This document shows, one piece after another, positions 22,280 to 33,600 of a DNA stretch of 64,000 nucleotides. Position numbers and translations under genes: made by a program. The stretch covers positions 32,612,001 to 32,676,000 of the forward strand of contig CM060731.1 in assembly GCA_030704615.1 (NCBI GenBank), read 5' to 3'. The notes under the pieces are model-generated. The model did not search any database. It worked only from the letters and a program-made list of their open reading frames with translations, and was not told where the DNA came from. Every line of letters begins with the position of its first letter. Positions within the stretch are counted from its first letter, which is position 1. The stretch is from Takakia lepidozioides (lineage: Eukaryota > Plantae > Bryophyta).

Positions 22280-25200
22280 TATATATGTGCTGTAGGTGCA
22301 GGTACAGACACCCTCTTGCTGGTTCTCCGCAAAACCCTAGGCCGGGTTTTCCAGGCCTCCACGAAATCTCGTCTCCTTTTAAAAGACATGTTGTTGTTGT
22401 CGTTCAGAGGACGGAAAGCCTTCGCTGCCGCAGGGTGCAACATTCCAGTCGCACTTTTCGCCAGGATATCAACGAGTTGCCCTCTGCACATATGAAGAGC
22501 AGATCGGGCATGTGCCTCCAGGTATTTGTCATCACCTACAATGCGAAGTATGTCCGCGAATTCTTGTTCCATTGAGGCTGAGACCTCCAGAGGTGCCTCG
22601 TCGTAGAGGAAGTCATCCGGATGATGTCTTTCCATGAACTGATTGGATTCGTCGTTGCCACCGGAATCATTGCCCAAGAGCAAGTTAGGTAATCCTCCAT
22701 GAATGGTTCTCAGTGCCGTGCCACAAACGCGCACAAAGAGGCCATCCTGCAGGTCAGGGTGAAGCATCTTCAGGACACGGACCTGATGCTTGCATAAGTT
22801 TCCCTTCATTGCCCATGGGCACGTGCAACAACCCCAATCGCAATCAGGATTGTAAACAATGTATGTTGTGCCGGGGTGGTTGCTGCTGAGAACGTAGGCT
22901 GGTTCACCAGGACCCAAGGGAAGAGTAACACTCTCAGCAGGAATGTCTCGTGCCGCAAGTATAGAACTGGATATGTACTTTTCGTGTTTGTCATTTCTTA
23001 TGAACCCATGGGTCTTCAAATGGATTGCGTACCAGTAGTGTGTTAGCACACGGCCAGTGAGTTCCCATATAAGCCATAGAAGGCTTAAGAACAAAATAAG
23101 AGCATTTCTTTACATAAAAGAACATCACCAAAGCAGGGTTACGGACTGATATTTGGCAGCTTATACAAGAGGGTGTAATCGGCTGCCCTATTTTGCACAT
23201 CAAGTTACTTTATTGACACCATGTTTTTTGCCCCATGATCTGTTTTAGATCTGGGGCTGGTGTGTAACTTCAATGACAGGGTAGAGTAATATTCCCACCT
23301 CTCATTCCATGCCCCAAGACCAAGTTCTATGTCTGGGGTAGGGAAATCATTACCATAACAGGCTGTAATCAGATTTACATGCCATGCAATCATCCATAGG
23401 AAACACAAAGAATCTGAATTGCTCATCCCATCAGGCCTGCAGGTTACTTTGGTATTATTTATCCTAAAGCAACTCAAATACAATGCCTGAATCATTCTCT
23501 TCACATCTACCAATGTCTTGCCGTTTTGGAAAATAGGTAAACATTCAAGGGCATATAACCAAGGACCAGATTTGGCCACAAAAGATCCATCCATATCAGT
23601 TTGGCGTGGTATCAAGTGTCCTAAAGTAACCAGCTTCTAAAAGAGGCTAAGTTTCCAATGCTTGTACATTCAAGAGCACTGTCTGGTCATGAAAACAGGT
23701 CTGCCCTACATTGTAGCATGTTACCAGATCTCTTTAAAGCCATCAGCTTGTCATATCATTGCTCCATTGTCACATCGGTATGCCGTAGGGAACAAGAGAT
23801 AGTCGCCCTAATGATTGTCATAAAGTAACAATCAGGAAATCTTATATCAGACTTTTAGTGTCTTGCTTTTCCCCATGGCAAGTCTTGCCTTCAGATTTCC
23901 ATGGTATGCCTCAATGCTTGCGTTTGTGTCTTGGCTCGCATGAGGGACATGGCGGGCTGCTGTACACCACATTGCTATTTTGGGCTTCCAGTACTGTTCG
24001 ATATAGTCAAGAAATTCATGTCCTTTCGGGTATTTTGACCTCATACGACGGATTCTCCTTGCCACCCACCGAATCGCTCTTTTCTCGTTGCGTGGTCCCC
24101 CTCTACAGTACATGAGGTCTCCCATATCCTTCAACAAATTTACAGCAGTCACCGGATCCTTCGTTTTCTTGCATGATTGCTTCACCCATGCCTTGCGGAC
24201 ATGCCAAAGGCAGAGGAAAATGAGTACTCCTTAAAAAACAATTCTGCACAACACACATGGTACACATTAGAATCTTAGGATCGGACTGCAATGGTGGACT
24301 GCCGGAGTGGACTGTAACAGCGACCTGTATCAGCGGGCAGAGCCACTGGACTCGCCCAGTGGACAGTACAATGCCATAACGTTGATGTGCTGGAATAACC
24401 CCATTGGACTACACAGTGGACTTCCCCTAGCTAGGACTGGGGCAGCAGACTGCATCAGCGGACTGCCCCATTGGACTACCACAGCGGACTGCCGAGCGGA
24501 CTTGCCAGGGACTGCCAAGTGGACTTGGCAGCGGACGGCCGACCCCAGGGACTTCTGAGTGGACTTGGCAGCGGACTTGGCAGCGGACTGTCGAGCGGAC
24601 TTGCCGGGGACTGCCAGCGGACTTGCCAGGGGACTGATGAGCGGATTTGACAGCAGACTACCAGTGGATTTGCCCAGCGAACTGCCATCGGGTTTCGCCA
24701 CAGGAGTCTGCCAGTGGACTGTAGCAATGGACTGCTGCAGTGGACCTCGACAATGGACCGGTGCTGTGGACCAACAGACTTACCGAATAGCGTTGATTTC
24801 TGCTTCGGCATCGTCCACAGTGAAGGCATTGGGTCGCCAACTTGGCAAATCTGCGAGGAGTGAATCGCGCAAGGCTCTCATCCACGGAACCAGGTCTCTT
24901 GTCCGATTCCTCGCGGATAGGATATAGGCAACTGGTATACCGTTCAACCACTCGTCGAAGACCATCAACGTGTACAATGGGAACTGTTGGAATGCACAAT
25001 GTAAGATGGTCAGAGCATGCAAATTCCGCTCAGTTCTGCACGAGAAGACTTCATAAGAGTGATGAGGTCTGCAACGGTTCACAATGGGTCTGCCCCTCGG
25101 TCTTCCGCAACGTACACATGAAAACATACAGAAAGGGTCAACACACCAAATTTTATGTGAATGTTGCATGGTACTATGCTATCATGCTCGTACAAGTCCA

Positions 25201-26324
25201 TGGAATCGTTCGAATAGTACCTTGTCATGATTTGTCCCAAAGGTTGCATCACATGCAACGATACGGTCATGTCCTAGTTCCAACATTCGTCGTTTTTGCC
25301 ATGGAGTCTGTATGCCAATAGTGAATGTCAAATCTCCATCAAAATGCTCGAATGTTGGCTCTAATTTCTCCTCTTGATAGAAAAAAACGGACACAGGATT
25401 CTGGTCTCTCCACATGCGCACACTCTTTGCATCATCGGCGTGTTTTTTGAAGGTTTGCCACGCACGTTTCTCGGCAAGGTTGCGAACATCTTGCTCCAAC
25501 AAGAAATCATCGCGGGTCCATACATCGCCCAAGCCGGTGTTGTTTATCACGTGCTCTTTATGCTCCATCATGATTTGGGCGACCGACAGGCCTCGGCACA
25601 AACACTCGACGACCCAGGCTTTCAATTCCTCGCTAATATGTGGTGCATAGGCGTGGTGGGTGTTCCTGAACTCTGCGGACTTCCCATGCGAGGGTTTCCC
25701 TTTGCGCATCTGTATGCTCCATGTTGTTGTAGTACGTGAGGACACAGATGTCAGGGGCGAGATAGCATTGCTGGACCTTGAAACAGCATTGGCAACCACG
25801 TTTGTAAGACTCTCCATACTCCGACTTCTTTCTCCTTGGGCCTTTATGAGGGCAAGATGTTCCAGCACCCACAAGAGGTCATCCACGCTTCTGTTTTGGA
25901 TCCTCCACTATTGCCTTGTTGGTGCGCTTGTCATCAGGACCGTAGCAGCATTGATACCTGGACAGAAAATTCTAAAATTGATATCCAACGACTTGAGGAA
26001 GCATAAAATCAGAGAACTCGTGAAACAAAAAATGGCTTTTCGCGAGCCGGGTTCCACTTTAGAATGGACATTCACCCAAAACTGAGTGGGGTAGTCCTCC
26101 AAACTCTCCTCTCCCAGGACGAAGTCACCAACTCTATCCCAAGGTATGCAGGCCTTTTCAACATTCGCTCGCACACCCATAAACCCATATTGCGTCTCAC
26201 TCTTCCAATGGAGATTCTTCTTGTTGAAGGGTCCTGGTTTTGCTGTTTGCAAACATTGTCGAAGAGGCCGTATAAGCGGGCTTTCCGTGATCAATATATC
26301 ATCGGGTTTTGCTTCCACGTCCAT
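22225..26324 (-). pseudogene. MULE transposase with SWIM zinc finger (multi-exon, disabled)
   Basis: IPWDRVGDFVLGEE, YQCCYGPDD, KRGCQCCF, FTIGIQTPWQ; DDE residues in VACDATFGTN / FTVDDAEAE / ASIEAYH; CLWH; SWIM CTC...NLCKH. Stops at 25879-25881 and 24231-24233, frameshift near 25700, insertion ~23080-23855. Confidence 0.9.
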
Positions 26325-26468
26325 GCCCTATATAGTACAAAGGACACGCTTCTGAACATGCAAGAAACGCGCCGCATTACAGGACACGATCGACAACGTG
26401 CCATGAGAACAATGCGCACGTTCGCGGCTGCTGGCAAGTGGCAGGCGGCAGAGATGCAGGTTTGAATT

Positions 26469-26862
26469 GCAGCCCTAAAAATGGAGGGCTCGGATGGGTT
26501 ATGGGAATGGACGGTGGCGATCCTGCGCCGTCAGCAGACTGGATGGCAGGGGACTGGTCAGCGGACTCGCCGGCAGACTGACAGACTGCTGGGCACCGGA
26601 CTGGCGGACTGGCAGACTGCTGGGCAGCCGACTGGCCAGCAGCGGACTGGCAGACTGGAGGGCAGCGGACTCATGGGCGGGGACTGGCCGCGCGGCGGAC
26701 GGGGGCGCGGGCGCGGTTGCTGTAGCCGCGCCCGCGGCTGGGCGACCGCGCGCAGCGGCGGGCGGGGCGGGCGGGGTGCTGGGAGCCGGGCGTCCGTGCG
26801 CGGGGCCCACCGGCCACATCGCACGTGCCCATTGAAGACCCTATTATCTTAAAATGAGAGGC
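26469..26862 (-). repeat. Right TIR of MULE
   Basis: Ends ...CCCTATTATCTTAAAATGAGAGGC followed by the TSD. Confidence 0.95.
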
Positions 26863-28367
26863 TATATATACATCCATGTATAGTCAAAAGTGTAGGCAAT
26901 TTTGGAGATTGAATCTGCCCCAATTTGTAAATGTATTCCGAAATTGCATGGTAAAAAAGATTTGACCACAAACTCCAAGTATCAATTTGAATTTTCCAAG
27001 ACAAAGGCCCTCCATAATCTGATTATATGGCACCTAAATGACTGTATCCCAAAATCAGATCAAGCATAAGAATTACATTTGTGGTCACCACCATTGGACC
27101 AAGGGCTCCAACCACTCAATGACAGATTTATAAAACTCGTCTATTCTGTTTATTCATATGGACAATTCACAATCCTTTCATCCTCACTTCCATAAGCAAT
27201 CTCCTCTCTCCCTCAGATCATTTGGTCTTGGTATGATTCTCAGTCTCATCTCTCATGCCAACCGAGTAGCTCTCCCCCTTACCTCTGAGTCGCTCTACCA
27301 GGGCCTCTGGGTCCCCCCGGACATCGTGGAGGCAGGCTGAAGGGGTGACGACAAGGCAAAAGTACAAATGGAAACAAATGCAAATCTTTGCCTAAATATT
27401 TGTTAGAATTCTGAATTTCATTTTGGGGGTAGTAGTTCATCATTCAAGGAACACTTTCACTGCAACAATTGTGATTCCAAGGAAATTTCGGACCCCCCCT
27501 AAATTACATGTCATTTGAGCTTTACGGTGTGTTTTGACCCCCCCTGTTTTTCCATACAAAACAACCTTATCAAGATTTTGTTTGAAATTTTGGGGCAACA
27601 TGCTTTAGGTGCCACATAATTGGAATCTGGATGGGTCTTGTGAGGAAAAAATATATTGTCGATCTAATTTCCTGGTCAAACCATTTTTCCACTCTAAATT
27701 TGGAGTGTACCCCAAATTTTGGGCTTGCAAATTTCTTATAATCTTCCAAACGACACGGTGGAATGAGCTGAAATTTTCCCATAAGCTGGATGAAGTAGGT
27801 AGCCTCCCATTCATACGGTTCATCCCTGTGGATGTTAGTTTCCTGAGAGATATACGCTCCTCCATGAGGGTATGTCCTGTTTTGGAAGGGGCCCACCAAA
27901 ACTGCCTCGTCCATTAGGGGTTAATTGGAAACATAGGAAAAATAGAAACTTCAAAATTCAAGGGTCATCTGAATTTCAAACCCCTCATATCCAAACCTTA
28001 ACTTCTTATGATCTTCTTATTAGTCAGGTTTCATAGATGGTGGCATATCTGTCCTAGATTTATGTTCTGACTGTTCTTCGTAGCCTGGTTCGTAGCAGCT
28101 GGTTTCTTGCATCAGTTAACCTTGGCTAGTTCCTTTGCTTTCCGTTGTGTCGATCTGGGAGCTTCCCACTTAGGGTGTTAAACAAAGGCATGTTGGACTG
28201 GTATTGAATTTTTAACATACCAGCCGGGTCCGGGGCTTGATTTTTTTGAAATGTGAACACTCGTATGGCCCTAGGTATTGCAGAACAAGGATTTCTGAAA
28301 TACAATACTGGTATAAATATTGCTTTTTGCAAGAACCAGTATGTGGTATCAATAATAGGGTTCGGAC

Positions 28368-29094
28368 CAGTGTTGGGCGGTTCTTGCATTTGTGAAGGAA
28401 CCTTTGGTTCCGGTTCCACAATTATTTCAAGAGACGGTTCCGGATCCGGTTCCGGATCTGACTTTTAAACATGGGGGCGGTTCCGGTTACCGGTTAGTTG
28501 CTGATAAAAACCATCGGTTCCGGTTAGGTTCCGGTTCTATTTTAAAAACATATTTGTTTAATTTAATTAGATTTAAAATATTTTATCAGTCCGGTAGATT
28601 AAATAGCAGTGTATGAACTAAAATCCAACGATTTTGTTAGTTTTCACTAACAAAAAAAAAAAACAAAAATACTCTAAATAAACTGGTAGAAGAAAATGGG
28701 TAAAATTTTATGGGTTGAAAGTACTATTCAGCTACCTGGCAAGTATTGGCATCTTCAAACATTTTATTAATGAACTTAGCCAGGATATCATGGAGTTGGA
28801 GATTGAACCCAAGATCTCATGGCGCTGAAGCATTGAACATAGAATCTCGTGGCCTTCAAGCATTGAACCCAGGATATGTCAGGAGCTTGAGAGCATTAAA
28901 TAAGTTTTGCCCTGGCCCACCAGCCCCACCAAGGGGTCAAGAACCGGAACATGTTTTTATCCCCTCGCACCCAGGTTCTACTGTTCTCACACCCAGCAGG
29001 AACCACCGGTTCGATTCTGCGCCGATCCCATTGGCACGTTCCGGGTTCCGGTTAACCTGCACCTGAACCGGCGGCGGGTAACCGCCCAACACTG
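28368..29094. mobile_element. hAT-type MITE, 727 bp
   Basis: Perfect 15-bp TIR CAGTGTTGGGCGGTT / AACCGCCCAACACTG; 8-bp TSD GTTCGGAC / GTTCAGAC (7/8); many subterminal GGTTCCGG/AACCGG motifs; AT-rich core. Confidence 0.88.
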
Positions 29095-29872
29095 GTTCAG
29101 ACTTGTGCAATACCATACAGATATCAACCCGGTATGAAGTTTATTCTTACGACAGCTGGGCTGAATTCCATGTGACATCAAGGGTTTCCAATACATACAT
29201 AGGCATACCCAGCCACGATTTGTCCATTGCCACCACCGTCATTGGTGTAATCACAGCTGCAATTACACAACCACCCCAAATCTGATAAATCTCTCACCCT
29301 AAGTGCAATCTGCCGCCCAAAGGTTCCCTCTGCACAGCCGTCACCCTTCCGTAGAATGCGTGTTAGTATATTGCAAGACCCTACCCAGGGCTCAAGAAGG
29401 AAATCGAGGTCTTTGAAACTGGTATCGCGCTTCGCATTCACGGGAGGTATCAATATGAGTATGGTTGGGTGGCAGCCCGAAATAGGGTAACACTGGTCTG
29501 TCCTAGGTATTGTGGCCGTCACCTACCCGCCTGGTAGGTTCTCTCATACCAGGTTGATACCCACTATTGATACCCGGGTTAACCCTATATACCAGTACAA
29601 CATCAACATCGGTGTGCTCCTCCCTAACTTACCTCTACAATTTATCTTTTCACTTCCATCCACTGACATCCATGAAAGCTGGATCATGGCCAAAAATTCT
29701 GATGCACCTGATTCGGTCGCGTCCTTTAGGTTTTAAAAAATAAAATAAAAAGTGATAGGAAAATTGTAGAAGGGTGGGGAAAGAAGGAAAAATAAACGAC
29801 AAAAGGCGGGCAGATACATGTGATAAGAGCTCGATGAGTGATAAGCAAGGCGGCGTATCATCCAGAGGGTGC

Positions 29873-29881
29873 AAACCCTAA
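29873..29881 (+). promoter_or_regulatory. Telo-box upstream of PCN/UTP4
   Basis: AAACCCTAA ~750 bp upstream of the ATG, just before a CT-rich 5'UTR-like stretch. Confidence 0.4.
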
Positions 29882-30618
29882 TAGACGTCCATCCATCGGT
29901 ACAGCCCAGCACATGCAGTCACGGAAGAAAGGTGACGAATGCCCCCAGCACACACTCTGCCTCACACACACCAGAGCCGAGGCCCTTCTTCCTCTCCGTC
30001 TGCCCTGCGCCGCCACGGCCGCCATCGCTGGCCTGATTTGAGAAATTCTTTTCGGTCACTGTGCTTCCATCTATCTCATGTTCCTCCTTTCTTGCAGATC
30101 CTCCTTCTCCGAGAAGTTTACAAATCGAAATTGTTGGGTTTCAACCCAGGTGTATCTCCTCTCTCCTAGCCTAGTGCCTCTCCAACTCGTCGTCCCTGAA
30201 TCGTAGCGATCTGTTCTGGTTTCGACGTGTCGCTCCTAGCTGCATTCCGGCTCTACTCGGAAGGCAAGAGCATGGCAGCTCTGCATTCCACTGAAGGTAG
30301 GCACAAAACTGTGAAAGCCTTTCAGATGGCTGGTGGGCTCCGACTTCCGTTACACGCTCCTTTGAAGAGCCTTTTCATGCCTCCGTTGCCGAGGGCGGAG
30401 CTACTGATTTGAGTTTTCCTGTTGCCCCTGTAGGCTCAGAGGACGATCTAGGTTGTGAGTCCAGTTTCAGGACATCACCCGAACATCCTTCCTCCCATAC
30501 TAATTGCGTCCGCATGTGTGGGCACGCGCGAGTGAAACAAGACTGCGTAATCCCAGACTGGGGAAGGAATCAGGCTGGCGGGTAGGTCGGTTCGAGTGTC
30601 GTTTAGGGTGGGAGTACG

Positions 30619-33600
30619 ATGCTGGAGGTGCACAGATGCCGGCAGATTGAGTGGGCACCGAGTGCGGTGGTGGCCCTAGCCACCAGTGTGAATGGTGCTG
30701 TGGTGGCAGCTGCACGTGAGAATGGAGCCATTGAGCTGTGGAGTGTTGCTGCGGGTTCCGTTGGTTGGCATTGTCAGCTGGTAGGCAATTTTGTCACACC
30801 TATCAACTGCTTTACGTTAGGTTTCTCGGCTATGAAAATGCTTGTGTGCACAAAGAACCGGCTTGTGAAGTATCTTTTAGTGATTGGGGTTTTGGGCTTT
30901 TCAGGGGTTTGGCAATGCCCTGGTACCCGGGGTTTTTCCAATGCACTGTGGTGTTCATGCTGTGCCAATCAGCAGTCTTAAATGGGATCTGATGCATTTC
31001 ACAAGAGCAAGTGAAGGGTCAGCGTAGGTCTGTCCCGTTTTCTTCGAGCCAGATGCAGGGTATCCTCAAATGGCGTGGTGGTTTGCCATAACTATAGGAT
31101 GGAGACTGTGCATCGATCCCTGTCGTGTATTGGCCTCCTCATATATCTTGCTGATGGACGGCTTGGTGTGATGGAAGGTAAAGGAATATTGTCAAGAGAA
31201 GGTTGTGATGCAAGGGGTCGTTTGCTGAAGGCAATAGCAGGGATTCTAGATAACACAGTTGGGGTTTCTTGTTGTACACTCCATGTTGAAGGGTTCTCTG
31301 ATGGATGGATGCAGAGGATTCCGGGCAGGCAAGATGCTGCCGTCTCGACTCTGGTATGGTGTGAAACTCAGGAGGAAGATGCACCATTAGGGCGCCTGTT
31401 TTCTGCTGGTCTGGATGGCTTCATTACTGAATGGGATCTTCATACACTTCAACCCAAGGTATTGTGGGTCTTGTAACTACTTCAACCCCATGATCTGCAA
31501 GGGTCTTCAGTGCAAAATTGGATTCTCTTAACCTGTCAGAATAGTATAGTTGGAGTACCTTGATAGAACATACTGTTAGTGGATCAGGCCTTCAATAGAG
31601 AAATCGGTTACAGTACTATTTAATTAAAGTAGACGGTCTATTGGGCTACAGGAAGTCGTGGAGTCAAATGGAGGATCTGTCTGGCAACTGGCTGCAGAGC
31701 CTATGGTGAGACCATCTAAGGAAGTCAGTGGCATGGTGCCAATTGAACTGCAAAGGGATGATACTGAGAGTGATGATGAGAGCTGTAGCAGTGAGAGTGA
31801 TGATGACGCTGAGGACCAGGAGCAGAGAGTTGCAGTTGCATGCGACGATGGCTGCGTACGCCTCTTTGCTGTTTCTGACTCCCAGCCTGGCATGGTGTAT
31901 CGCCGCTCCTGCCCTCGGGTCAAAGGTGAGTCCCTACCCTTCCTTTTGCTGCATTGCTGACTTTAGGTCTGTCAGTGGTCAAAATCACCCGCTTCTTTTT
32001 ACCAACTTTTTGTAGCACTAAATTTATGCCCAGATTGGAGGATGTCTTGTCTTTCTGATGCTTTGGCATGAAATCTGGGAGAGTTGCGGAATATGACAAG
32101 ATTTTTTTTGATTTAAGTACAAGGTGGTGCATTTTTTTTGCCAACCTGTTAGGTGAAGTGGAAACTTGATTATCGAGTGGGTTTATGAGCAGGCAGGATA
32201 TTGAGCGTGGCATGGAGCTTGGATGGCACACACGTGGTAGCGGGTGGGTCGGATGGGTAAGTGAGCAACTTCGCTGGCACATGGAAGGCTAAATAAGGGC
32301 TCTAGTATATTTGTTGTGTATGAGCATATATGAGGTAAAGTATGCTCAAAATCGCCAAGAAGTAGATTTTGGTGCGTGAAAAACCCTTGAACTGACATGG
32401 CTTTGCAATATCTAATCTGAATATTATATGAACAGCATATAACATTTCGAGATTGCTGTCCAATACTCACAATGTGAACTGTGCCTCTGGTATACCTTAC
32501 TAGGTCAAAGGTCATGTGGTAAATCAACAAAGTCATGGCTTCTACTGTCTGTCTAGGATGATGAGTATTTGAAATTGCAAATACTCGTGGGCTGGATACT
32601 GGCTTTTGTACATGGTGCCTCCGTTTTGTCTGAAGTCATCAAACGGGGTATTCAAAGTTGTTCTCTTAGAGGAAAGATTGTAACTTCAACTAGTTAGGGA
32701 CCAGTAGCTGCTTCAATGAGAAACAAAAGGTTTTTATACAGCCTCGGGTGCATATAGTGTGTGAATTTTAACTCTTACAGCTGTGTTATTACGAAAGCAG
32801 CTGCATACGGTGCTGGGATATTACCAGCATGCGGGAGCTCTACAGAATAACAGCCGGAATTGGAGGCAAGGGGAATTCTTCTGATTTGTGCATCTGGTCC
32901 TTGTTGGTTCTCAGGTGAGTCTTGTATCCTGAGTTCTGTGCTTTTGCACTAGATACACTGGCTGCTGTTGCTAGTGGTCGCTTGAGGCATGGGATGATAT
33001 CTCCATGCAAGGTAGGATGAAGGGGAAAGTGAAGGTCAGGGTTTCCCAAGTGTTGGCAATATATAGTGTGTACCAGAAAGGAAGGCACTCTTATCAAGAT
33101 TGGAAGATTCCGCTGGCTAATTGTGAAACTGTTGAGCTTCTGCTGCTGGAGTTTTCTGCTTCTTCTGTAAAAAATATCAATGCTTGGGATCGTAAATGAT
33201 TGACCTGAAAGAACCATTTGCTACCCTCGAAGGTGTGTTTGCCCAGAGTAACTGCAGTGGCTGAGTGCAATTTTGATGATGCAGAGATGGGAGCATTGTG
33301 AGTGGTGACAGCAGTGGAAGCACTCAATTTTGGGATGGTCAGCAAGGCACCCTATTGCAGGCACAGACTCGACATGGTGCTGATGTGCTTGCCTTGACTG
33401 CTTCGCCTTCTCATCACACTGTCTTTGCTGCTGGTGCTGATGGGCAGGTTGGCTCACTAACGCTAAAACCAATCTTTTTTTGAGTTGAATGCTGGACTTC
33501 TGCGCTCTTTGTGGGCTCACCTGTATATTGTGGACTATTTACCAAGTTCCCTGGGTTAGTCTATAATGTATATGTTTCTGTGGCTCACTTCGGGACTTGG

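Larger units (their letters stand above)
13670..26862. mobile_element. Full-length Mutator-like element (MULE), 13,193 bp
   Basis: Long TIRs starting GCCTCTCATTTTAAGATAATAGGGTCTTCAATGGGCAC; exact 9-bp TSD TATATATAC at 13661-13669 and 26863-26871; internal MULE/SWIM transposase and Ulp1 gene. Confidence 0.95.
13546..27928. mobile_element. Old fold-back/non-autonomous DNA element interrupted by the MULE; arms 13546-13669 + 26872-27056 and 27587-27928
   Basis: Reverse complement of 27587-27928 aligns with 13546-13658 (ttttggtggg...cataccctcatgga...agggatgaa). The alignment resumes beyond the MULE at 26917-27056 (tttgacca...attat(a/g)tggcacctaaa...cccaaaat). Confidence 0.65.

Noticed and set aside
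15904-25881. Premature stops repaired by U-to-C RNA editing
   Set aside because: That editing is organellar; this is nuclear TE DNA, and frameshifts are also present.
28171-29626. Outer hAT element with TAGGG termini
   Set aside because: Termini match only ~5 bp and no TSD was found; noted only as probable repeat-derived flank.
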